From contig NZ_PQWO01000008.1 in NCBI RefSeq assembly GCF_003231495.1, forward strand, positions 90,001 to 122,000: DNA of 32,000 bases, read 5' to 3'. How positions within the stretch are numbered: position 1 is the stretch's first letter; each line of letters opens with the position of its first letter. Shown here piece by piece: positions 19,720 to 26,838 of the stretch. This DNA is from Acaryochloris thomasi RCC1774 (GTDB lineage: Bacteria > Cyanobacteriota > Cyanobacteriia > Thermosynechococcales > Thermosynechococcaceae). The notes under the pieces were generated by a model. It saw only the letters and a program-made list of their open reading frames with translations. It made no database searches and had not been told where the DNA came from. The position numbers and the translations under genes are program-made.

Positions 19720-21096
19720 TTATGCCTTTGCAAGTCTATTTTTCAAGCCTGAGACGACACGATTGAGGCCCACTGAGTTAGAAGCCTTGAATAAAATGCG
19801 ATCACCGCTGACAGGCTGCCCTTCGGGCTTCAGAATGGCTTTCTCTAGATAGTCAATGAGAGCGTCATGACTGTCAAATTGTTGCGTTGGGATAGATTGA
19901 GCACCCTGAGCTAGGGCATTTCCTTCAAAGCCCCGATCTAAAATCAAAAGCTGATCAAGGTTCAGGGTCTTTACCAGCTCTCCAATTTCTCTATGGAGGG
20001 CTTCTGCATGATCACCCAGTTCTTTCATAGGGCCTAACACAGCGATGTGGCGCTTACCTGGTGTGTTGGCAAGGAGCTTCAGCGCTGCTGTCATTGATTC
20101 AAGACCTGCGTTGTAGGTTTCATCTAATAGCACAACATCGTTGGGCAGGTTGATCTTTTGAGCGCGTCCTCCTGGGAGGTTGACGGTGATTCCCTGCTTA
20201 AGTGGGGCTAGATCGAGTTTTAGATGACGTGCGATCGCAACTGCGGCCAAATAATTTAGCGCATTATGCTCTCCCTCCAGCGGCAGCGGATAGGATTCCC
20301 CCTCTAGCTCTATCGTTTGCGCGTCGATCAAATGTCCTTGCAAATCTCCTGCCGTCAGACCGTAGCTGATTAGGTCGCCCTGCCAAACCTGTTTAGCCGT
20401 GGACATGAGCAGCGGTAAATCAGCATTCAAAATCGCGAGGCTTGAATCGGGCATCTCTGCAAATAGCTCACATTTAGCTTCTGCGATCGCTTCACGCGAG
20501 CCTAGGCGGCCGATGTGGGCAGTACCAACGTTAGTGATTACGGCAATATCAGGCTGGGCAATTTGAGCCAACTCCGCAATTTCACCTCGCCCCCGCATCC
20601 CCATCTCAATCACGGCATAGTCATGTTCTGGGGTCAGTCTCAACAGCGTTTTGGGCACGCCAATCTCATTGTTATAGTTGGCCTCGGTCTTGAGGACGTG
20701 ACCAGCCGTACCAAGAACGGATGCAATCAGCTCCTTGGTTGTGGTCTTGCCCACGGAGCCAGTAATCGCAATAATTGGGATTTGGAACTGCTGTCGCCAC
20801 CAGCGACCTAAAGCTTGGTAGGCCGCTAAGGTATCAGGCACCTGGAGTTGGGGGATGTCAGTTTCTGTAGGGGTGTCTACGATAGTTGCGATCGCACCTT
20901 TCTCCATCGCCTGCCCAATAAACCGATGCCCATCAAAACTTTCGCCTCGTAAAGCTAGAAAAACGGAGCCTGAATTCAGTTCACGGGTATCCGTCGTTAA
21001 ACCATCCGCAGACCTCTGAAGCTGAGAGCTCTCGAAGTTAACAGGCGTTGCCTGCAATATTTCTATAATCTGCGCGAAAGTAGCACGGAACGCCAT
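19720..21096 (-). CDS. murF: UDP-N-acetylmuramoyl-tripeptide--D-alanyl-D-alanine ligase
   Basis: Mur ligase P-loop ITGSVGKTTTKE, NYNNEIGVP, and a C-terminal domain with VLLDETYNA. The track start is GTG 21108. The ATG at 21096 (MAFRATFAQI...) is preferred. Confidence 0.93.
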   Translation of the reverse strand: MAFRATFAQIIEILQATPVNFESSQLQRSADGLTTDTRELNSGSVFLALRGESFDGHRFIGQAMEKGAIATIVDTPTETDIPQLQVPDTLAAYQALGRWWRQQFQIPIIAITGSVGKTTTKELIASVLGTAGHVLKTEANYNNEIGVPKTLLRLTPEHDYAVIEMGMRGRGEIAELAQIAQPDIAVITNVGTAHIGRLGSREAIAEAKCELFAEMPDSSLAILNADLPLLMSTAKQVWQGDLISYGLTAGDLQGHLIDAQTIELEGESYPLPLEGEHNALNYLAAVAIARHLKLDLAPLKQGITVNLPGGRAQKINLPNDVVLLDETYNAGLESMTAALKLLANTPGKRHIAVLGPMKELGDHAEALHREIGELVKTLNLDQLLILDRGFEGNALAQGAQSIPTQQFDSHDALIDYLEKAILKPEGQPVSGDRILFKASNSVGLNRVVSGLKNRLAKA

Positions 21097-21324
21097 ATCG
21101 ACAAACACATGGTGGAACAGACCTGTAATTTATCACTCAAAGACGTTTCTAGAACAGATTCTCCACTGCCTCAAGGCACTTTAAAGCCACGATATTGTCA
21201 TTCCCCCTATTTGCACCTATTCAGCGATATAGATAGACACAATCACCCAACAAGTGACGGCAAGATCTAGCGGCCCACAACAACACAGTGAAGATTTGAA
21301 CAACAGAAAGAAAAGACAAGCCAA

Positions 21325-22551
21325 ATGCAGACAGTGCACAGGTTCACAACAGAAACTCTGAACTCCCTGAGATACTGGAGCAAGCACTTATGGGTCAAGT
21401 TCAGACTTCAGCAACGGTTTTTCCTCCTACGGACACAGCTGAAGCTTAGGAATATAACCAGCTACTCTATTACCCTAAGAGACGCTGGCCTAGGCGACCA
21501 ACTGCTCAACGCTAATGTTTCCGCAAAAATATGCGAACGACTTGGCCTAAAATTTTCCGGTATCAGAGAGGCTTCTCTGACAAGTCAGAAGTCTCACCGA
21601 GAAGGGTATCTAGAAATTTATCAATACATTGGCATAACAGATATAGCTAGAATCCAAGACAAAGATCTCTTGACAATATCTAGCTCCAAGACAGAGTCTC
21701 TATTACTTTTTCTAGAGCATATTCAAAAGAGAGCTAAAAGTCCAGAAGCAAAAAGATCTCTCTGTTTTGAGACTCCAATGCCAGTATGCTATCGTTCAGT
21801 CAAATATTTAGATAGCCACAATGGAAACTACTTAAACAATCAGTTTTCAGCTCAGCTAAAAAGTTTATATCATATCAAAAAGACGCAACAAGAAGAACAT
21901 CAGAAGAAAATTTTATTTCATATTAGACTAGGTGACGTTGCAAATCTAGAGTTACTTCCAGAAAAGATTTTTATTCCTTGGTGCTATGCAATCAACCAAG
22001 AAGGATTCATTAACTTATCTGAGCAAACTACTCACTACCGGCATGACCACCTATCAGACTTTTCTCTTCTCTCTCAACGTCTATGCCAAGAGATCAGCGA
22101 GACCATTGAAATCATTGTCGTTACAGATGGCTATAGCACATCATTTGACTATATCTCAGGAAAAAGAGAGCTTGTTGAGTATCTAAAATCGTTCAATCTC
22201 AACTTCAATAAATCCACAATCAGAGATTTAAAGTCAAAGTACAGAAAATATTTTCACAGAAAGTTTTCAGGAGCCAGTCAGATCATCTATGGGGAAGAGG
22301 TGGAATTATCGCTTGAGGCAATCAAACAAATTGCTAGCGCTGATATTGTTATATCGTCAAGCGGGCACTTCGCTCTGGGATTGATGAATAATTTTGCCAT
22401 CAAGAAGCAAGACTTCTTTTCTCCTAAAATTACGTACCTAGCATCCCAGAGGAATAATTCTAGAAAAAATTTAACAGCCCATCTATTATCTGATTCCATA
22501 GAGAATAACGTCACAAATATAACCCAATTAATAGAAAGTTCATCCCACTAA
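21325..22551 (+). CDS. Hypothetical protein in AT-rich DNA; possible divergent GT11-like (fucosyltransferase-superfamily) glycosyltransferase
   Basis: A 408-codon open frame in markedly AT-rich sequence. Motifs occur in GT11 order: AGLGDQLLNA, ILFHIRLGDV, ADIVISSSGHFALGL. The confidence is for the CDS being real. The functional guess is much weaker (about 0.35). Confidence 0.7.
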   Translation: MQTVHRFTTETLNSLRYWSKHLWVKFRLQQRFFLLRTQLKLRNITSYSITLRDAGLGDQLLNANVSAKICERLGLKFSGIREASLTSQKSHREGYLEIYQYIGITDIARIQDKDLLTISSSKTESLLLFLEHIQKRAKSPEAKRSLCFETPMPVCYRSVKYLDSHNGNYLNNQFSAQLKSLYHIKKTQQEEHQKKILFHIRLGDVANLELLPEKIFIPWCYAINQEGFINLSEQTTHYRHDHLSDFSLLSQRLCQEISETIEIIVVTDGYSTSFDYISGKRELVEYLKSFNLNFNKSTIRDLKSKYRKYFHRKFSGASQIIYGEEVELSLEAIKQIASADIVISSSGHFALGLMNNFAIKKQDFFSPKITYLASQRNNSRKNLTAHLLSDSIENNVTNITQLIESSSH

Positions 22552-23085
22552 TATCTAGGCTTGAAAATCTATCAAAAATTCTTCCATAAGGCCTATAACA
22601 ATTTTTTAAGCAGAAATTTTTTGAGCAGAAGGACTGGGAGCATCCCATTTTCACAGAAATGCCTAGCGATTGAAATCGCGGCTGCATAGAAGAAGTCCAG
22701 GCGGACTCACGCATCATCTTTGGCCTGCACAAGCAGGCTTGGTCTTTCTAGCTGGGATTAAAATCGCCAGAGACCAAAGTGGGATACTCCCGAAGGATTA
22801 GCCTGTAACCCTCACTCTTTGCTACTGATCGACTTCTTGAAAGCTATGCACCCCGAAGAAGAAAGAGTTTTCACTGATGCAGAGGCATGCCCCTGGTTGG
22901 CTGACCGTGCATCCCACCTTAAATATCTGGCGATCGCTCCATGACCTGAGCCTTATGCTCCGCAAAGTCGACACCCCCCTCGCCTGACACCCCTCACCTA
23001 AGGTTCAGATATCCCCAAATAAGGCACGATTGTTAACCCTCAGCTATCCCACAGAAGACAGACAGACGGTATGATTAAGTTGAGA

Positions 23086-23122
23086 AGTGTAAATCTCTGT
23101 GTCTATTTGTGACTAAATCACA
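23086..23122. promoter_or_regulatory. Three TGT-hexamers at exact 10-nt spacing (HLR1-like on the opposite strand) plus palindrome TGTGA-N5-TCACA, upstream of the RpaB-like gene
   Basis: The sequence reads TGTAAAtctcTGTGTCtattTGTGACtaaaTCACA. The reverse strand gives GTCACAAA-ta-GACACAGA-ga-TTTACACT (8+2+8+2+8). Confidence 0.3.
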
Positions 23123-23244
23123 GGCAGCCGGTTTGAGTCTGGCGAGAGAGCGCCGCTGTTGTCTAGCCGTTCCGCCAAGTTGCTTGATTCTCGGTTTTCA
23201 ACCCAACATTTTTGAGTGTATTTCAAGAAGCATAGGAATTCTGA

Positions 23245-23976
23245 GTGAGTTATAAGCAAAAGGTTTTAGTCGTTGATGATGAGTCAACGATTCGTCGCAT
23301 ACTGGCAACTCGTCTAACGATGCAAGGATATGAAGTATCTGTGGCAGTGGACGGAGAAGAAGCCCTCCAGGTCTTTGAGGAGCAGGCTCCCGACCTCGTT
23401 GTTTTGGATATCATGATGCCAAAGCTCAACGGTCTCCAGGTTTGTCAAGAGCTGCGCAAGACGACAGATATCCCCATTATTATTTTGTCAGCATTGGGAG
23501 ATGTGGGCGATCGCATCCAAGGCTTAGAGCTGGGTGCAGATGACTATTTATCAAAGCCCTTTTCCCCAAAAGAGCTAGAGGGACGAATTGAAGCTATTTT
23601 GCGCCGTACCCAGAGCGAATCGGGTGCTGAGAGCCAGACCAACGGAATTATTCAGCTGGGTGCTCTACGGGTTGATCTGCGAAAGCGACAGGCCTACCTT
23701 GCAGATGAGCGGCTGGCCTTGACGGGAATGGAATTCGATGTTTTGGAGCTGTTGGTCACGAATCCGGGCAAGACCGTATCGCGTTCTGAGATTCTGCAGC
23801 GCGTTTGGGGCTATGCTCCCCACCAGTATGCAGATTTGCGCGTCGTGGATGTGAATGTCTCACGCCTGCGCTCTAAAATTGGCGACAATCCTAAAGAACC
23901 CGAGTTTATCCACACTGACTGGGGGACCGGCTATTACTGTCAGCCCGTGGGACAGACACCTGCCGTTAGCGCCTAG
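23245..23976 (+). CDS. OmpR-family response regulator, RpaB/SrrA (Ycf27) clade
   Basis: 243 aa with a GTG start. REC domain (VLVVDDESTIRRILATRLTMQGYEV, DLVVLDIMMPKLNG, LGADDYLSKPFSPKELEGRI) and a winged-helix output (LTGMEFDVLELLV, VWGY, RVVDVNVSRLRSKI). It is clearly RpaB-like but appears more diverged than RpaB orthologues usually are, so it may be a paralogue. Confidence 0.9.
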   Translation: MSYKQKVLVVDDESTIRRILATRLTMQGYEVSVAVDGEEALQVFEEQAPDLVVLDIMMPKLNGLQVCQELRKTTDIPIIILSALGDVGDRIQGLELGADDYLSKPFSPKELEGRIEAILRRTQSESGAESQTNGIIQLGALRVDLRKRQAYLADERLALTGMEFDVLELLVTNPGKTVSRSEILQRVWGYAPHQYADLRVVDVNVSRLRSKIGDNPKEPEFIHTDWGTGYYCQPVGQTPAVSA

Positions 23977-23980
23977 TCCG

Positions 23981-24415
23981 ATGAGTGCTTTCCCGAAGGT
24001 CAAACTGATTGCCGTGGGCAAGGTCAAAAAAGTCTGGATTCGGCAGGGACTAGAGATGTACGTTCCGCGTTTACCAGAACTGGAAATTCAGGAAATCAAA
24101 GACTCTAACCCCGACAAAGAGGGGGAGCAGCTTCTCTCCCTAACCACCGTGAACGATTCAGTTGTGGCTTTGTCAGAAGCAGGTAAAACCTATACCTCCG
24201 TGGATTTTGCTCATTATCTAAGCCAAGCTCCTTCCCATAGGCTTGTGTTTATGATTGGTAGTGCCGAAGGACTCAGTGAATTGGTTAAACAGAAATCAGC
24301 ACTACAGTTCAGTCTCTCACCCATGACCTTCCCCCACGAGCTGGCTCGGCTGATGCTGGTGGAGCAGCTCTATCGCGCAAAGAACATTCTGCAAGGCGGT
24401 AGCTATCACAAGTAG
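23981..24415 (+). CDS. rlmH: 23S rRNA (pseudouridine1915-N3)-methyltransferase RlmH
   Basis: 144 aa from ATG 23981 (MSAFPKVKLIAVGKVKK...). SPOUT/RlmH motifs are FMIGSAEGL and SLSPMTFPHELARLMLVEQLYRAKNILQGGSYHK. The track ORF from 23855 is an upstream extension overlapping the regulator gene. Confidence 0.92.
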   Translation: MSAFPKVKLIAVGKVKKVWIRQGLEMYVPRLPELEIQEIKDSNPDKEGEQLLSLTTVNDSVVALSEAGKTYTSVDFAHYLSQAPSHRLVFMIGSAEGLSELVKQKSALQFSLSPMTFPHELARLMLVEQLYRAKNILQGGSYHK

Positions 24416-24739
24416 GCTTAGCTCTCAATGGCCATCGAATCGATGGAGGAGGCAAAACCTACCCAGATTGAGTTGGCGATGATAGGCTGGGCAAACAATT
24501 ATTGGTTTTGGTGGGGGGGCAACCGCCAAATATAGCGGTACACGTATTGATTAGGACATAAAAATAGCTGAAACGCTTCTGTGCTAAAGAAAGGCTGTCC
24601 TAACTTAGCTGGGTAATGCTATACAGCTAAATCGCACGTCAGCGCCTTGCTGGGAAACCAGCCTTCTAACTGCGCGCTCTAAAGCATTCAAGGGATTCAA
24701 TTACCTGAAAAAATTTAAACAGCGTTTTGCAAAACCAGT

Positions 24740-24759
24740 CGGGCTTATGCCCCGTTTTT
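24740..24759 (+). terminator. Small GC hairpin followed by T5 (terminator- or attenuator-like)
   Basis: cGGGC-ttat-GCCCcG followed by TTTTT. It lies about 325 nt after the rlmH stop and about 40 nt before the next ORF. It is preceded by the 12-bp palindrome GTTTTGCAAAAC (24724..24735). Confidence 0.3.
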
Positions 24760-24799
24760 AGATGTATCTGCCCCCAAGATCTCAGTTTTGTTTGGATTT

Positions 24800-25474
24800 A
24801 TGCATCGTTTTCGTCAGTTGTTTCTCTACTGCCAAACGCCCCTAAGCATTCTTCGCTTGGGTTTGCTGGTCACGCTAGCTTTCATCTATTGCCATCATTC
24901 TACGTTCACAGTTCACCCCATCCTGCTGGCCGGAATCGCCGAGCCACTGACAAGCGTGACATCTCTGACGCTATTCACCACTGCAGGTATTCTCGCCCTC
25001 GGGAAGGGCATGGAACTCCCGGTTTTATGGGCACTAAGTGCGACAGCGGGAGTGGCCTGTATCCATCTTGGTTTACCTCTAACGACTTTAGGGGTGGCAC
25101 TGGCGGCTCTCTTCGGCGGATGGGAATTGACCCGCAGACATTCTTTCTCTGACAATTGGATTGCGCTTTCAGGTGCAGTAGCCTGTAGTCTGCTCTTCGC
25201 CGGGAGCAGTCACTGGCACACCGTCATGGAAGGCACTGGGCTCACACCCCTCACCTCTGACTCGTACAGAGCTTTGATACCCTGGGGCACGGGCACAGCA
25301 GTTTATTTGCTGGGCTTCTTAATCGGGCAGATTATCATTAGTCTTGCTGCTTACCAAGCCGCTTTTTGGCTCTTTTGGCACCTCGGAGATCGGGCAAACG
25401 TAAAGTTTCGCCTAGGAAGACTCATGGTTTGCGGCGTCGGCGTTGTTTACGGCTGGAGTACTTTTCTTGGGTAG
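24800..25474 (+). CDS. Hypothetical polytopic membrane protein
   Basis: About 224 aa from ATG 24800 (the track uses TTG 24788), with roughly six hydrophobic segments. I recognise no family. It is preferred over the overlapping 24727..25152 frame, whose product is Cys/Ser/Arg-rich and not protein-like. Confidence 0.6.
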   Translation: MHRFRQLFLYCQTPLSILRLGLLVTLAFIYCHHSTFTVHPILLAGIAEPLTSVTSLTLFTTAGILALGKGMELPVLWALSATAGVACIHLGLPLTTLGVALAALFGGWELTRRHSFSDNWIALSGAVACSLLFAGSSHWHTVMEGTGLTPLTSDSYRALIPWGTGTAVYLLGFLIGQIIISLAAYQAAFWLFWHLGDRANVKFRLGRLMVCGVGVVYGWSTFLG

Positions 25475-25533
25475 CAGATGTGCAAAATATTGAGGATAGA
25501 ATTTCAAAATTTGACGGATTATAGGACAATGGG

Positions 25534-25551
25534 TTTACAGCACTTTAAAGC
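25534..25551 (+). promoter_or_regulatory. HLR1-like direct repeat TTTACAGC-ac-TTTAAAGC upstream of psbY
   Basis: Two 8-mers with a 2-nt spacer. A third TTTAATTG follows 11 nt later. The element ends 24 nt before the psbY ATG. It could equally be ordinary -35/-10 promoter sequence. Confidence 0.3.
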
Positions 25552-25574
25552 AGCTTTAATTGAGGACATCTAGG

Positions 25575-25688
25575 ATGGATTTTCGTTTACTGATCGTTAT
25601 AGCTCCAGTACTAATCGCCGTTAGCTGGGCCGTTTTCCGAATTTTGCCTGCTGCCCTCAATCAGATACAGGGTATGCTCGATAAGTAG
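25575..25688 (+). CDS. psbY: Photosystem II protein Y
   Basis: A 37-codon ORF not in the supplied track: MDFRLLIVIAPVLIAVSWAVFRILPAALNQIQGMLDK. It closely parallels cyanobacterial PsbY (MDWRVLVV..PVL.AAGWAV.NI...A..Q...). GAGGA lies 8 nt upstream of the ATG, and a hairpin plus T-run lies downstream. Confidence 0.8.
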   Translation: MDFRLLIVIAPVLIAVSWAVFRILPAALNQIQGMLDK

Positions 25689-25717
25689 AACTTCGACCCA
25701 TCACTCCTAACATTTTC

Positions 25718-25752
25718 GGCTGCCTCAACCTTCAATGGGCAGCCATTTTTTT
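25718..25752 (+). terminator. Rho-independent terminator after psbY
   Basis: GGCTGCC-N13-GGCAGCC followed by ATTTTTTT. It also sits 37 nt beyond the stop of the convergent minus-strand gene. Confidence 0.55.
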
Positions 25753-25788
25753 ATGCCTGTGGCCTGGGTGAGGTTTCTTACTGCTCCC

Positions 25789-26328
25789 TCAAAACCGCAG
25801 GTAAGGTAGTAAGTCTTGAATCACTGGCCCCGGTAGAGCTAGGCGCTGCTGCAGGTCAGCGAGGTTTTGATAAGGGCCAGCGGAGATGCGATCGCGAGTC
25901 ATGGCTTGGGCAACAGCAGTCGTGATAGCAGGAACCTGCTGAAGCTGCTCCACTGAGGCTGTATTAGGATTAATGCGCTGTGGTTCGTAGGCACTTTCAG
26001 CATCGTAAAAGCAAAACAGCAGTATCGGGGCTAAAGGCTGCAGTCGTGGGGGCGGCATTCCCAACGCCATCGCCAGATCTTCAATGGCATAAAACTGTAC
26101 GCCACCTTGAGTCAGCTGCACGAGGGTTCGCGCTTGGTGAATAGAAAGGCCGGGGAGTCGCAGCCAATCATCGATCCCCGCCTTATTAACGTCAATACGG
26201 ATGCCGAGTTCAGCAGCCAATTGGACTTCTGATAGAGAGCTAAACCGATAGTAGGGATCGATTAACTTCTGCTGCAGACGTTCGGCAGCAGTCGATGTGA
26301 AAGAAGAGGAAGAAAGCCGCTTGAGCAT
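25789..26328 (-). CDS. Tandem helix-hairpin-helix (ComEA-type HhH) DNA-binding protein, no signal peptide or TM anchor
   Basis: 179 aa with two ComEA-like modules: IDVNKAGIDDWLRLPGLSIHQARTLVQL and INPNTASVEQLQQVPAITTAVAQAMTRDR...GPYQNLADLQQ. Confidence 0.7.
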   Translation of the reverse strand: MLKRLSSSSFTSTAAERLQQKLIDPYYRFSSLSEVQLAAELGIRIDVNKAGIDDWLRLPGLSIHQARTLVQLTQGGVQFYAIEDLAMALGMPPPRLQPLAPILLFCFYDAESAYEPQRINPNTASVEQLQQVPAITTAVAQAMTRDRISAGPYQNLADLQQRLALPGPVIQDLLPYLRF

Positions 26329-26409
26329 GATTGAAAAGTGACGGCAGGATTGTTCAGCAGTTTAACAGAAGGTCACTGGACTGTGGCCCAATACGGAAGC
26401 GGGTTCGCT

Positions 26410-26829
26410 CTACCCTAAAAGCTGCCGCCGCTGCTGTTCAAATTCATAGTCTGTGATCAGTCCTTCCTGTCGCAACCCGTCGAGCTGTCGGAGGGCAGTT
26501 GCGATCGCACCTATTTTCTCCGGTTCAGCACTCGACGTTCCGGCAACCGTTTGCCACTCAGGATTAAAGGCGGTATTGAAGCGATCCTCTCCCTGGGCAA
26601 AATAGAGCAGCGCATCACAGAGACTGGCAATCCTGACCAATAGGCCAATGGGGAACGTAGCCCATAGCAGTCCCGGGATGAAATACACGAGGCCCCAACG
26701 CACCTGCCCCAAGTAAAACTTGTGCAGCCCCGGCAGCATGACCCCAGCCAATGCCAAGATGCAGGCAATCATTCGATTCTTCGGCTGGCTCATAACAAGA
26801 TCGAGAAAGGGGTGGCTTATTTGTAGCAT
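26410..26829 (-). CDS. TM2-domain membrane protein with SHOCT-like C-terminal helix
   Basis: The TM2 pattern is IACILALAGVMLPGLHKFYLGQVRWGLVYFI. The C-terminus LRQLDGLRQEGLITDYEFEQQRRQLLG matches the SHOCT pattern. An alternative ATG lies at 26793 (MSQPKNR...). Confidence 0.7.
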   Translation of the reverse strand: MLQISHPFLDLVMSQPKNRMIACILALAGVMLPGLHKFYLGQVRWGLVYFIPGLLWATFPIGLLVRIASLCDALLYFAQGEDRFNTAFNPEWQTVAGTSSAEPEKIGAIATALRQLDGLRQEGLITDYEFEQQRRQLLG

Positions 26830-26838
26830 ATCGAGTTT

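Noticed and set aside
22666-22679. GCGATT-GA-AATCGC palindrome that resembles a CRISPR-repeat fragment.
   Set aside because: It is a single copy with no repeat-spacer periodicity anywhere in the window and no cas genes.
22511-22732. 73-aa minus-strand ORF overlapping the end of the island gene and the spacer.
   Set aside because: The product is Cys/Phe/Ser-rich and junk-like, the ORF overlaps the island gene's 3' end, and I recognise no motif.
20896-22929. Absence of HIP1 sites across the AT-rich island as evidence for foreign origin.
   Set aside because: HIP1-free gaps of about 2.8-3.9 kb also occur within clearly native genes (for example 1971..5840 and 28202..31575), so a 2-kb gap is not informative. 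The island call rests on base composition instead.
22846-22944. 32-codon plus-strand ORF (MHPEEERVFTDAEACPWLADRASHLKYLAIAP) in the long spacer.
   Set aside because: It has no ribosome-binding site and no recognisable family, and an ORF this short is expected by chance. It is kept only as a note in the spacer finding.
23108-23122. TGTGA-N5-TCACA read as a CRP/SyCRP site.
   Set aside because: Canonical CRP sites have a 6-nt spacer and this one has 5. It is retained only as part of the periodic-repeat observation.
23855-23980. N-terminal extension of the rlmH ORF, which the track starts at 23855.
   Set aside because: It overlaps the last 122 nt of the regulator gene in another frame. RlmH homology begins at the ATG at 23981, 5 nt after the regulator stop.
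24727-25152. 141-aa alternative frame overlapping the membrane-protein gene.
   Set aside because: The product is Cys/Ser/Arg/Pro-rich with no protein-like pattern. The 24800..25474 frame gives regular hydrophobic helices and runs longer.
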